A stretch of DNA of 64,000 nucleotides from an uncultured Candidatus Saccharibacteria bacterium (GCA_965230975.1 OZ246402.1:711228-775227); one strand, 5' to 3'. Positions 19,003 to 29,153 are shown, counted from the first letter of the stretch. Translations and numbers: made by a program. The notes: generated by a model not told the origin, from the sequence alone.

Positions 19003-20073
19003 TTAATATTTATATTTAATCATAAGACTTTCCACTAATTCTGCTAGTTTTTTAAAATCACTCTTCTTAATTCGTTCAGATAATTTATGTGTATCGTAAA
19101 CTGCATCTCCAAGGCAATATGTTTCTATTCCAACTGAATTTAAAAATGCTGCATCACTTCCAGATGTTACGGCTTTAGGATTTATCTCAACTTTTTGTTC
19201 TGAATAGATCTTTTTTAATTGTATAAAGTTTTGAGATTCTAAGTTCATATTGTAACCAATTGAATATGGTATCCATTTAAATTCTACCGTTGCATTTAGT
19301 TTTTTTGCAGAATTATTTATTGTCTCTTCAAACTCTCTTTTAATTCTTTTAAAACTTTCTGAATTGGTGCTTCTTAAATCACCTTTAAGTTCTAAAATCT
19401 CCGGTACAGTATTTGTAGAAAAACCACCAGATATTAAACCAATGTTTAAAGTTGAATATTCATCTGGCTTGCCCAGTTTCAAATTATTGGATGTATTTAA
19501 TAGTACTTGTAGCGCATTAACCCCATTTTGTGGAGCACTAGCATGGGCCGATTTACCTCTAATTTGAATCTCAAAATCTTCAATAGTTGGTGCCGACTGG
19601 GCAAGCCAACCAATTTCTCCTAATCCACCATCAAATATAAATCCTACTTTAGATTCTAGTTTTGATACATTAAATTGTTGAATTCCAGAGTCTGTTTCTT
19701 CTCTTACTGTAAAAAGCAGTTCTATGTTTAATTCTTTATTATCTTCGATTAATTTTCTTAAAGAATAAAGAATTGTGGCCAAAGATACTTTATTGTCTCC
19801 ACCTAAAATTGTAGTATTATCTGATTTAATCCACTCTTGGTCCTCAACAACTTTTACTCCACGGCCTGGTTCTACTGTGTCCATATGTGCACAAAATAGA
19901 ATTGGGTTTGGTTGATTACCTATTCTACAATAGATGATTCCATTAGAATCGGTTTCTGGGTTAAGGTTTAAATCTTGTAAAAACTTAACAATAAACTCAC
20001 AAACTTGGGCTTCTTTACCTGAAGGAGAATCTATTTGCGCTAGTTGTGTAAAAAGTTTAAATAATTGGTTCAT
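19003..20073 (-). CDS. M20/M42-family metallopeptidase (peptidase T-like)
   Basis: CAHMDTV metal-binding motif and a dimerisation-domain-like middle region. Confidence 0.6.
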   Translation of the reverse strand: MNQLFKLFTQLAQIDSPSGKEAQVCEFIVKFLQDLNLNPETDSNGIIYCRIGNQPNPILFCAHMDTVEPGRGVKVVEDQEWIKSDNTTILGGDNKVSLATILYSLRKLIEDNKELNIELLFTVREETDSGIQQFNVSKLESKVGFIFDGGLGEIGWLAQSAPTIEDFEIQIRGKSAHASAPQNGVNALQVLLNTSNNLKLGKPDEYSTLNIGLISGGFSTNTVPEILELKGDLRSTNSESFKRIKREFEETINNSAKKLNATVEFKWIPYSIGYNMNLESQNFIQLKKIYSEQKVEINPKAVTSGSDAAFLNSVGIETYCLGDAVYDTHKLSERIKKSDFKKLAELVESLMIKYKY

Positions 20074-20074
20074 A

Positions 20075-20860
20075 TTATGATTCTTGTATGTTGACCTCTG
20101 GGTTCCAATTTAAAATATTAGCAAATCTTCTTCTATTTTCATATGATGGTTGCCCAAAAGTTTCACTTACAAGTAATTCTAACCTTTGTGCAACATTTGA
20201 GTTTGAAAAAAACATTACGCATTTACCTGCGGTCATTTGATCTTGCGTTACTTCTGCTACTGGAATATCATTTTCAGTTATTAACCTATTATTGCACTCT
20301 TCTTTCATCTGTATACCTGTCCCGTATGGTGGGTGAGTTGGTTCGCATACACAAGTGCTTGCTCCTAGGTATCCATCAGGAGTGCCTTTCATGTAACCTA
20401 CATTGAATGTATTTGCAAAATTCAAGCCAAGAGCTTTAATCATAACGTAAGTAGTTGTTGTACCCATAAATAAAACCTCTTCGTTTATAAGTTGATCTTT
20501 GAATCTTTCGTGTAATTGAGTTAAAAGCTCTTTCCCATGACCTTTGCCTCTATGAGCAGGGTGTACAATTACTGTCCCTAGCTCGTAAATATCTGGCAGG
20601 TTAGGGTTCCATTGGTTATTTCCAATATGTTCTCTGCCTAACACGGGTATTAGCCTGCAAAACCCAATCAAGTTATTGTGTTCATCAAAGCACATAGCAG
20701 CTAACCCTCTTTTAATTGATTCTTTAATTACTTCAATTGGTGGGTGTAACATTTTTTCTTCATGAGATAACAGCTCTTCAAGTTGAATAGCTATTTCAGT
20801 TAGTCTCGCATCACTTAAGTTTAAGTAATTATTATCGTTACAATTTATTTGATCATTCAT
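20075..20860 (-). CDS. GNAT-family N-acetyltransferase with N-terminal extension
   Basis: Acetyl-CoA-binding motif A VIVHPAHRGKGHGKELL. Confidence 0.6.
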   Translation of the reverse strand: MNDQINCNDNNYLNLSDARLTEIAIQLEELLSHEEKMLHPPIEVIKESIKRGLAAMCFDEHNNLIGFCRLIPVLGREHIGNNQWNPNLPDIYELGTVIVHPAHRGKGHGKELLTQLHERFKDQLINEEVLFMGTTTTYVMIKALGLNFANTFNVGYMKGTPDGYLGASTCVCEPTHPPYGTGIQMKEECNNRLITENDIPVAEVTQDQMTAGKCVMFFSNSNVAQRLELLVSETFGQPSYENRRRFANILNWNPEVNIQES

Positions 20861-20876
20861 ATTGTATTTTTAACTA

Positions 20877-21023
20877 TTAAAAAACCCTCCATTTGGAGGG
20901 TTTGGATTCTTAAATATTAATATATTAAGCCCTCCTGAAATTTAGGATTGACTTAACCTTCTTTATTAATGCTGTTATATTTTTCATGCGGTGAATAATA
21001 ATGTATCCAATAAATAATGTCAA
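20877..21023 (-). promoter_or_regulatory. Consensus sigma70-type promoter plus a 5' leader with terminator/antiterminator potential, upstream of the GNAT gene
   Basis: Minus strand: TTGACA, 17 nt, TATTAT. The leader contains GGAGGG ... CCCTCC ... GGAGGG and ends in hairpin AACCCTCCaaatGGAGGGTT+UUUUUU, 20 nt before the ATG. Confidence 0.4.
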
Positions 21024-21115
21024 ATATTTATAAACATATTTAGAATAAAAAATTTACTTTATTCTTTATTTTTTTGTTTCTACTAAAATTGATTTATGAT
21101 ATCTTGGTATAAAAC

Positions 21116-23143
21116 ATGGAATCTCAACGTAAGAAAAAAATAGTAATACTCTTAATAATAGTAACCTTTTTGCTAGGTTTATTATCTGTTGGTATATCTT
21201 ACTATATACAGCAAAGTCAATCTCCGAATGATAGTGGTGCTGATGCACAGTGCTCAGGCTATAATCCCGCAAAGAACGGTGTTCAATGTTTATGTACTAC
21301 TGACAATGGTAAGACTTCGCTAGATGGAGGTGTAATGTATTCTTGTACAGCTACATATGATGAAGATACTAATATTACCACTGCTACTTGGACTGCCGTT
21401 GGATGTGATATTGACGGTTCCGGTGTATTAGTTGGTCACATTAGAGATTCTACGTGTGGTTCTGGATCTTGTGCACCTAATCAGAGGGAGGTTAAGACTT
21501 GTAATCTACTAGAGGGTGTAGCCAATGTTTCTACAACTTGTAACAATGATTCAACATGTTTACAAACATGCGAAGCTGGGCTTTCCTGCTCTGGAAGACC
21601 ATTTAATGGTGCTACCATTAACTGTATAACAACAGCTAACGAAGTTGCGTATTGCTGCCCTAGTGGTTATTTGAATAAAGATGGAACTTGTATACAACCA
21701 AGTGTACAACAAAATGGATGTAAAGTAGGTGATACATTTCTAAATTTAGGCGAGTCGATTAAGCAAAAGTGTGGTGGTAATTGTCAACAAGGTTTTTATG
21801 AGACAGTGACATGTACTTCTGATGGTAATCCAACTTCTGTTTGTGTAAAAGATAGTAGTTGTCCTATTGAAGTTGCTACAACAACTGGAGGTTGTTCAGT
21901 TTCATCTGCAAGCTCTTGCTATAACCTAAATGTTGGGAATTCATGTGTAGTTTCATCAGTTAAAGGAACTTGCACAGATGCAAGTACTGGTTCTGGTACA
22001 GATTCAAAAATTAAGTGCTTTTGCAAGACAGAATCAGTCACTTCTCCTATTCAGGAATCCCAAACTTATCTGCCTTCATCTGATGGTCAAAAAACCTCAA
22101 TAACTACTTATTCTCAAACTTGTAACGATGCCGATGGTTGTACATGTCCTTCTGGTTCTGCATCTACTAGTGTTACCAGTGGAAACGTATGTACCCAATC
22201 AGGATCGCTTCCAGTAGTTGGGGGATCTTGCGGAAGTGGTGGGTCTTGCTTTTTGCAAGGAGGAGTTTATTCTGGTGTAACAGTTAATAACTGTGGAAGC
22301 GTAGGTAGAATAGACTCTACACCAAACAATTGTTCTGCAGGTTACTTATGTTGCAAAACAAATAGCTATATAGCTCAATGTACATGGAATTCTAACTCTC
22401 CAGCTGGTTGTACAGGCGATGGCGTAAATAGACAATATGTAAACGGAACTCCAACAAGAGCTGCTTGCTGCAGCGGTTTAACAGAAGATGGTTACGGAAC
22501 ATGCGGTTGTACTCAAGCAGTAACTCTAGCCTTATCTTGCACAAATGGTGCAACTAATTATCCAGATTGTAATGCTTGCCCAGCTGGTCAATCGTATATT
22601 GGCGGTAACTGCCAAAGTGTTTGTACCAACGGAGCTACTAACTATCCATCTTGTAACGCTTGCGTAGCAGGTTATACATTAGTTAACGGAACTTGCTCCG
22701 CACCATGCTTAAATGGTGCAACTAATACTCCAAGCTGTACAACTTGTCCTAGTAACTTTACAATGGTAAATAATCAATGTGTTGCAAACTGTACCAATGG
22801 TGCTACAAATCCTTCTGCTTGCAATGAATGTCCTGCAGGTAAAACTTTAATTGGCGGAAGTTGTATAGTACCAACAACAGTACCAGGTGGAATAGGCGGG
22901 GGGGCATTGCCAAGTACAGGGTTATTTGATAGCAACTACAACAAAATGATTTTGGGTATTATATTCATGCTTTTAGGTGTAATTTTCTATAAATATAATG
23001 TATATTCAAACTCTCTAGAGCTATTAGCAGGTTTAGAAAAACAATATTCTGTATATAAAAAAGGTAAAAAAAGTAGTTCTAAAAAATCAATAAATTCTAA
23101 ATTTGAAAATGCAGTAGAAAAACGATTTGATGACTTTAGCTAA
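21116..23143 (+). CDS. Cysteine-rich tandem-repeat cell-surface protein with a C-terminal LPSTG sortase sorting signal
   Basis: N-terminal signal anchor. At least four ~33-aa repeats of the form C-TNGATN-P-C-C-AG. C-terminus ...GGALPSTG, then a hydrophobic helix and a K-rich tail. Confidence 0.65.
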   Translation: MESQRKKKIVILLIIVTFLLGLLSVGISYYIQQSQSPNDSGADAQCSGYNPAKNGVQCLCTTDNGKTSLDGGVMYSCTATYDEDTNITTATWTAVGCDIDGSGVLVGHIRDSTCGSGSCAPNQREVKTCNLLEGVANVSTTCNNDSTCLQTCEAGLSCSGRPFNGATINCITTANEVAYCCPSGYLNKDGTCIQPSVQQNGCKVGDTFLNLGESIKQKCGGNCQQGFYETVTCTSDGNPTSVCVKDSSCPIEVATTTGGCSVSSASSCYNLNVGNSCVVSSVKGTCTDASTGSGTDSKIKCFCKTESVTSPIQESQTYLPSSDGQKTSITTYSQTCNDADGCTCPSGSASTSVTSGNVCTQSGSLPVVGGSCGSGGSCFLQGGVYSGVTVNNCGSVGRIDSTPNNCSAGYLCCKTNSYIAQCTWNSNSPAGCTGDGVNRQYVNGTPTRAACCSGLTEDGYGTCGCTQAVTLALSCTNGATNYPDCNACPAGQSYIGGNCQSVCTNGATNYPSCNACVAGYTLVNGTCSAPCLNGATNTPSCTTCPSNFTMVNNQCVANCTNGATNPSACNECPAGKTLIGGSCIVPTTVPGGIGGGALPSTGLFDSNYNKMILGIIFMLLGVIFYKYNVYSNSLELLAGLEKQYSVYKKGKKSSSKKSINSKFENAVEKRFDDFS

Positions 23144-23412
23144 TCAAGCTCCTCACAATTAAGTATAGTTTCTAAACGTTCTAACATTTCATCAAAATCT
23201 TTACCATCAATGCCATGAATTTGAGCACCTTCTTTTAAAGTATCAAACCCAGAAAACATACAATTAACACAATGAAACCCATAATCTTCTGCTAAAACTT
23301 CTACTAGTTGTGGGTAGGTAATAATAAACTCAGACAAATTAATATCCGGGTCAATCTGAATGTAATTTGAAATGATTGTAGAGTTATTATTTGTACTAGT
23401 CATTTTAGTCAT
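23140..23412 (-). CDS. DUF1858-like redox-disulfide protein (hybrid-cluster-protein-associated family)
   Basis: Motif GFHCVNC...GAQIHGID matches the DUF1858 pattern. Confidence 0.5.
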   Translation of the reverse strand: MTKMTSTNNNSTIISNYIQIDPDINLSEFIITYPQLVEVLAEDYGFHCVNCMFSGFDTLKEGAQIHGIDGKDFDEMLERLETILNCEELD

Positions 23413-24748
23413 TTGTTAAGTTATTCCAAATATCAATAATGTTGGCTTCTACATTTGTAGGATCATCTTTCGACATTACAATGATATTCGCTTTATCCCA
23501 ATTATAAATTTTGTTTGCAAGGTTAATTACATCTTCAAATTTAAAGCTTTGAATCAATTTTATGTAATCAGAAATTGCAATACTCTTACCATGATATTCT
23601 AGCTCTTCTTCTTGAGAACTAATCCAATCAATTACAGTTGCTGGGTTATCGTATCTCATTAGCTCTGTATCTATTAATCTTTTCTTTCTTCTTTCAAAAA
23701 TTTCTTTACCTTCTAAACCCATTTTAATTTTATTAACACCTGAATATATTTCGCTTAATACAACCTTTAAATTTTCTGGGTTAAAGTTTGTATCTATTGC
23801 AAACATTGATCTAGACATCATGGAATATGTCCATGCGGATACATCGTAAACTAATCCAAGCTCTTCTCTAAGCCTTCTCCACAAAATAGATGTTTGATGT
23901 TGTTGTGATGCAGTGATTACTGATAAAAATGCAAGCAAAGATCTCTCTTCAAAAGTAGTAAGTAAGAATTCAAGTGAAGGAAAACTTATAATTAAATAGT
24001 ATTGATTTATATCAAGTTTTTGCTTAGCTTTGATAGTAAAATTTGAATAATTTGGGTACGTATTTATAAATAATCTATTTGGTTTTGCTTTTGATTTGAA
24101 AGTACCAAAATATTTTTCTAGTAAATTTGTAGCTTTTGCTATATCAAAATTCCCAACTAAATAAACTTCAATATTTTCTGGAACATAATGCTTGTTAAAA
24201 TGGTCCTCTACAGTTTGTTTAGTAAAACTTTTTAAATTTTCTACAGTACCTATAAGATCTCTGCTAAAACATGTATCATTATCTTCAAATCTATTTTTCA
24301 AAACTTCCATTTGAACTTGATATTCTATTGAATCATCGTATCTGACTTTTTCGTCTAAAATTATATCTACTTCTTTTTTAACATCAGATTCATTAAATAA
24401 TTGGTACAAAGATACTTGGGAGATATATTTAATACCATCCTCTAAATATTGATAGGGTAGTGTTGCATAATATTTTGTGTGATCATCTGATGTATATGCA
24501 TTAGAACTTCCGGAAAAGCTGTTCATGTAAGTGTTTAGTTTTTCCCAAGAGTCATAGTCTTTGGTAGCATCAAAAGCTAAGTGTTCAAGTAAATGTGATA
24601 TACCGTTTGTTTCTTTAGTTTCATCTAGCGAGCCGACGTTTATTTTTGCGGAGATACTCACAGAGTGAATTTCTGTTCTAGGATATAATATGCACTTTAT
24701 GCCATTACTAAGTGTAAATTTTATATATTCTGTTTTAAGGCTGCTCAT
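23405..24748 (-). CDS. M16-family (insulinase/pitrilysin-like) zinc peptidase
   Basis: Inverted zinc motif HLLEH and a downstream E. Confidence 0.75.
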   Translation of the reverse strand: MSSLKTEYIKFTLSNGIKCILYPRTEIHSVSISAKINVGSLDETKETNGISHLLEHLAFDATKDYDSWEKLNTYMNSFSGSSNAYTSDDHTKYYATLPYQYLEDGIKYISQVSLYQLFNESDVKKEVDIILDEKVRYDDSIEYQVQMEVLKNRFEDNDTCFSRDLIGTVENLKSFTKQTVEDHFNKHYVPENIEVYLVGNFDIAKATNLLEKYFGTFKSKAKPNRLFINTYPNYSNFTIKAKQKLDINQYYLIISFPSLEFLLTTFEERSLLAFLSVITASQQHQTSILWRRLREELGLVYDVSAWTYSMMSRSMFAIDTNFNPENLKVVLSEIYSGVNKIKMGLEGKEIFERRKKRLIDTELMRYDNPATVIDWISSQEEELEYHGKSIAISDYIKLIQSFKFEDVINLANKIYNWDKANIIVMSKDDPTNVEANIIDIWNNLTND

Positions 24749-24836
24749 AATAAATTTATTTAAGGAAATACATCAATAGCTTTACTGAAAGATTTCCAAT
24801 ATAATATTTTGTTCGGACCATTATACCAAAGAAAAA

Positions 24837-26408
24837 ATGAGAAAAATAAAATTAGGTAATACTAACAATATAAAATTATTATTTGGAGTTTTAATAATCT
24901 TTATTTTGTTTTTTACAAGTTATGTAATTGCTAACTATGTTTATTTTGATCCTTCAAAAATTAGATTTGAAACATCATCTGTAAAAATATTTGATGAAAA
25001 TAATACCTTGCTTTGGGAAATATCTAAAGATAATGCTGTTAAAAATACTCCAGTAACAATTTCAGATGTGCCTCTTGATTGTAAAAATGCATTAATAGCA
25101 ATTGAAGATAGAACATTTAAATCAAATATAGGTTTAGATTTTAAAGGTTTGGGTAGACTTACTATATCATTCTTTTCTAATGGCTCACTAGGTGGTGGAA
25201 GCACCATATCTCAACAAGTTATTAAAAATTACTACAATAATATTTATAACAGAAGTGCTGTAGATAAATTAAAGGAGATTATTTATGCAGTTAAATTAAA
25301 TAGCTACTATTCAAAAGATCAAATTCTAGAAATGTATTTAAATAATGTTTATTTTGGAGATTTAAATTATGGACTTGGTTCTGCAAGCGAAAATTATTTT
25401 GGTAAAAAAGTTCAAGATTTAAACCTATCTGAATGTGCGTATTTAGCTGGCATTCCACAATGGCCAGGAGTTTATAGCCCTAATGGAAACTTAGAAAAAG
25501 GTAAAAAAAGACAAGCTCAAGTTTTGCAAGCAATGCTAGAAGAGAAATATATAACTTACCAAGAGTCAATAGATGCATATTCTCAAAACCTAGAATTTAA
25601 TTTGCAACCTATAGAGGTTAGGGCTCCGCACTTTATTCAATTTGTTCAAGATACTTTAAATTCAAGTTCGGGAAATAATACATCAGATAATTCATTAAGC
25701 ACAACATACAACTACAAAATGCATTCAGATATTTTAAGCTTAATACAAAATAATATAAAAATTGCAAATTTAACAAAACTTAATAATGGAGCTGTGGTGA
25801 TTTTTAATAAAAATGAATTAAAGGTAATGATTGGTAGCCAAAATTACTTTGACGATTCAATAAATGGTAAATTTAATAGTGCATTAGGTTTAAGACAACC
25901 GGGATCTTCTCTTGGTCCTTTATTTAAATATTTTCAATTAGAAGTTAAAGGTAGTAATAATGAACTATCTGACTTAGATATATACACAAATTTTGAAGAG
26001 TATTTAAGAGCTCTCACAACAGTGCCTGCAAGTAACCTGTGCAATGAAAATCTTTTAAATGAAGGTTGTGAAGTTTCTATTTATGATCTATCAAAAATAT
26101 ATCATTTATTCTTGAATGGTTATTCCTCTAGTTTTATAAAAACTGATGTTCAAGTTGTAGATTTTAAAAATTCAGAATTTGAAAAATATTTTAATCAAAA
26201 CGCAATAACTTATGATAATTTTAAAATATTATTAGGTGATACATCTAATATGAAAGATATATTTGCAATTGCAACTAATGGTGAATATACTATTGGTATT
26301 TGGTTGGGCAATACAGATGGTGATCCAATAGATGGTTTGTCGGCCGGTAAATTCGCATTGCCTACTGCCCAAAATATTATTGATTATATTTTAAAAAATG
26401 AACGGTAG
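24837..26408 (+). CDS. Peptidoglycan glycosyltransferase (GT51, PBP1-like) with non-canonical C-terminal domain
   Basis: N-terminal TM. GT51 motifs IAIEDRTF and GGSTISQQ. No clear SxxK/SxN/KTG transpeptidase motifs in the C-terminal half. Confidence 0.65.
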   Translation: MRKIKLGNTNNIKLLFGVLIIFILFFTSYVIANYVYFDPSKIRFETSSVKIFDENNTLLWEISKDNAVKNTPVTISDVPLDCKNALIAIEDRTFKSNIGLDFKGLGRLTISFFSNGSLGGGSTISQQVIKNYYNNIYNRSAVDKLKEIIYAVKLNSYYSKDQILEMYLNNVYFGDLNYGLGSASENYFGKKVQDLNLSECAYLAGIPQWPGVYSPNGNLEKGKKRQAQVLQAMLEEKYITYQESIDAYSQNLEFNLQPIEVRAPHFIQFVQDTLNSSSGNNTSDNSLSTTYNYKMHSDILSLIQNNIKIANLTKLNNGAVVIFNKNELKVMIGSQNYFDDSINGKFNSALGLRQPGSSLGPLFKYFQLEVKGSNNELSDLDIYTNFEEYLRALTTVPASNLCNENLLNEGCEVSIYDLSKIYHLFLNGYSSSFIKTDVQVVDFKNSEFEKYFNQNAITYDNFKILLGDTSNMKDIFAIATNGEYTIGIWLGNTDGDPIDGLSAGKFALPTAQNIIDYILKNER

Positions 26409-27060
26409 TAGTGTTTTTAAATGGACCAAAGAATATTTGGTAAGCATTATGTCTACTGGCAAAGACCCAATTCTTAAAGATCCTTTAATAATTAATGCAT
26501 TTACCCAAATAGATAGATCTGATTTTGTACCAGAACTTTTAAAAAGCAAAGCTTATAACGATTTAGAATTAGATATTGGCTTTAACGAAAAGTTATCAAG
26601 GCCGACTGTAATTGCACAAATGATAGCTTTATTACAACCTAAATTGGGTGGAAAGTACTTAGATATAGGGTCTGGCACCGGTTATAGTGCAGCAGTTTTA
26701 GGTTTTATTGTAGGTGAAAATGGGAAAGTGTATTCTTTAGAACGTGTTCAATGGCTTTGGGAGCAGGCTAGATCAAATATTCAAAAGTATCCAAAACTTG
26801 TTCAAAATGTTCAGTATGTTTATAAAGATGGTTTAGAAGGTTTGGTTAACCAAGCGCCGTTTGATGGTATTCATATAGCATTTGCTATTGATAAAATTCC
26901 AGAGTCATTACTTATGCAATTAAAGATGGATGGAGGTAGATTAATAGCTCCTACAACTGATTTATCAATTAGAATTATTCAAAGAAACAGTAAAGATGAT
27001 TACGAAGAAGAAATTGTCCCGGGCTTTACGTTTGAAAAGTTTAAAGAGGGGATTGCATAA
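26398..27060 (+). CDS. pcm: Protein-L-isoaspartate O-methyltransferase
   Basis: LDIGSGTGYSAAVL SAM motif with overall PCMT-like layout. Confidence 0.75.
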   Translation: MNGSSVFKWTKEYLVSIMSTGKDPILKDPLIINAFTQIDRSDFVPELLKSKAYNDLELDIGFNEKLSRPTVIAQMIALLQPKLGGKYLDIGSGTGYSAAVLGFIVGENGKVYSLERVQWLWEQARSNIQKYPKLVQNVQYVYKDGLEGLVNQAPFDGIHIAFAIDKIPESLLMQLKMDGGRLIAPTTDLSIRIIQRNSKDDYEEEIVPGFTFEKFKEGIA

Positions 27061-28081
27061 AAAATATAAGATTCCTGTATTAACTTTAGGATTTATTTTT
27101 AGTGTAGTAATTTTCTTTACTATACTATTTATACCATCTGGAAATTTAGTAAATAATTCTATAAAGCGTACTCAAGATATACTTTCTACCAATGAGTTAA
27201 TAATTTCTAATCTTAGTAAACCAGAATCTGACTCTATAAAAATTCTTTTTGTGGGGGATATTATGTTGGCTCGGTCAATAGGTCAATCTATTAAATATGG
27301 TAACGATCCATTCGTAAATGTTAAAAATAAATTTAAAGATTATGACATTGTAGTGGGTAATTTAGAAACCACTATTGCTAATTTGAATACAGGATATAGC
27401 GCTTCTAAAGGCTATAATTTTAAAGCTCCAATAGAATCTGCTAAAAACCTTGCAGATTCCGGAATCGATATTGTAAGCTTAGCCAATAATCACTCTATGG
27501 ATTATGGTGAAGATGCATTGCTAGAAACTATTCACTTACTAAATAATAATGGAGTTGGCTCATTTGGTGCTGGGAAAACTTTTACAGATGCATATAAACC
27601 TTTTTATGTTAAATATAAGAATATAAAAATTGCATTTATAGGCTTAAACAATATTGAAAGATGGGTTACAGATATTAATGATTACCATGGTGGAAGTGCT
27701 TACTTTGATGAAACGCTTGTTAGGAAATCCTTAAAAGATGCTCAAGATAATTCTGATTTGCAAATAGTTTTCCCTCATTGGGGTGAAGAATACACAACAC
27801 TTGTTAATGCAGATCAAAAAAAGTGGGCAAGGTTTTTTATTGATAATGGTGCAGATTTAGTTGTTGGCTCTCACCCGCATGTTGTTCAGACATACGAGAC
27901 CTACAAAGATAAGTTTATTTACTATTCTTTAGGCAATTTTGTGTTTGATGGTATGAAAGGTATTTATTTAGCAGATAAAGGCTCTATGCTGGAGGTTAAT
28001 ATTGTTAACAAAGAGATTGCCGGGCACAAGGAGTATTTTGTAGAGTTGGGTTGGAACGGATTTCCAAGGCTTTCTAACTAA
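26996..28081 (+). CDS. CapA/PgsA-family metallophosphatase-fold protein (poly-gamma-glutamate-type capsule biosynthesis family)
   Basis: Motifs ILFVGDIMLARS and LANNHSMDYGEDAL, with an N-terminal signal anchor. The ATG start overlaps pcm by 65 bp; an in-frame TTG near 27031 is an alternative. Confidence 0.65.
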   Translation: MITKKKLSRALRLKSLKRGLHKKYKIPVLTLGFIFSVVIFFTILFIPSGNLVNNSIKRTQDILSTNELIISNLSKPESDSIKILFVGDIMLARSIGQSIKYGNDPFVNVKNKFKDYDIVVGNLETTIANLNTGYSASKGYNFKAPIESAKNLADSGIDIVSLANNHSMDYGEDALLETIHLLNNNGVGSFGAGKTFTDAYKPFYVKYKNIKIAFIGLNNIERWVTDINDYHGGSAYFDETLVRKSLKDAQDNSDLQIVFPHWGEEYTTLVNADQKKWARFFIDNGADLVVGSHPHVVQTYETYKDKFIYYSLGNFVFDGMKGIYLADKGSMLEVNIVNKEIAGHKEYFVELGWNGFPRLSN

Positions 28082-28271
28082 TTTCTTTCTAAGGATAGTG
28101 TCTGTTTTACAAAAACTATGCACCTCTCGAATTCTATTAGGTAACTTTTAAATCTAAGGAAGATTTGTAGTATCTTTTAAGGAGTTGTGAATATAAATAA
28201 TTAATATTAATGGCATTCTAGTACCATCAATGTATACAATATGTGAGCTATGGTGAATTTAGGGTGAAGAT

Positions 28272-29081
28272 TTATGGTATATATCCTTCTGTACTAAGTT
28301 TATATATCAGAATCGTGAAGTCTCTAAGTTGTCTTTTATTAACTTTCAATACCCCAGATTCGAACTTATTGTGGAGAGTATCATGAATTAAACGATATGA
28401 AAGATTATATTTTTTGATAATTTTAACAATCTGAAATTGATATTCGTTATTTAATGGCTCTTGTCTTTTTATCTTTTTAACCATTAAATATAATAGGATT
28501 TCTGGTACCAAATCACTACGATACCTTTCTTCAAATAGCTCCTTAATAAGATTGTTTGAAGAATTTGAGTTTACAATTGCAATAGCATCTATAGATTCGT
28601 AATCACTTGTTTTATCTTCATGAGTTGCAAATAAGTTTTGTCCATGCTGATCAGGTCTAGTATTACTTGTTTCTAAAGATAAAGTAGATCTGTAATAAGC
28701 TCTCATTTTCGGATTTCTAAGCACTTGATATGCTTGTTGTAACCTATCTACATAGCTTGCCCTAAGTATTTCGTTGCTAATGTTATCTGATTTATTTAGT
28801 AAAAGAAGGTATGTTTCTTTTATTAGTTCATCATCATTTATGTCTGTAGGTAGTCCTAATATGTCAAAATAATTGACTTTGAGAATCTGATGCGATAGAA
28901 AAACAAATGCTGTTTCAATCTCTGCAAATTCATCAGCTTCTATATCACCCGTGTTATATCGATTGAGTAGTAGTCTATACCTCCTATAGATATCTTCTAA
29001 GCATACATCTTCGTCAAATTCCATTCTCTCAAGATACTCTCTTCTTGAGACACTTTTTTCTTTTGGTAATGGTCTTGTCAT
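28272..29081 (-). CDS. Hypothetical protein with a degenerate J-domain-like segment (no HPD)
   Basis: NYFDILGLPTDINDDELIKETYLLLLNK...AYQVL follows the helix II/III spacing of a J-domain, but the HPD tripeptide is absent. Confidence 0.35.
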   Translation of the reverse strand: MTRPLPKEKSVSRREYLERMEFDEDVCLEDIYRRYRLLLNRYNTGDIEADEFAEIETAFVFLSHQILKVNYFDILGLPTDINDDELIKETYLLLLNKSDNISNEILRASYVDRLQQAYQVLRNPKMRAYYRSTLSLETSNTRPDQHGQNLFATHEDKTSDYESIDAIAIVNSNSSNNLIKELFEERYRSDLVPEILLYLMVKKIKRQEPLNNEYQFQIVKIIKKYNLSYRLIHDTLHNKFESGVLKVNKRQLRDFTILIYKLSTEGYIP

Positions 29082-29153
29082 GTTTATATTATACTATAGG
29101 GTTGGTATTGTTATCAACAATTAACAACAGAATAAAACGTCTAATTGTAAGAC

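Noticed and set aside
22520-22870. ~99-bp direct DNA repeats, which at first glance could look like a CRISPR-like array
   Set aside because: They are in-frame coding tandem repeats inside the Cys-rich protein gene. The units are imperfect with no unique spacers, and no cas genes are nearby.
26996-27060. 65-bp overlap between pcm and the capA-family gene, as a possible frameshift or fusion
   Set aside because: The two frames differ and both proteins are complete. An in-frame TTG at ~27031 would reduce the overlap. There is no evidence of a disrupted gene.
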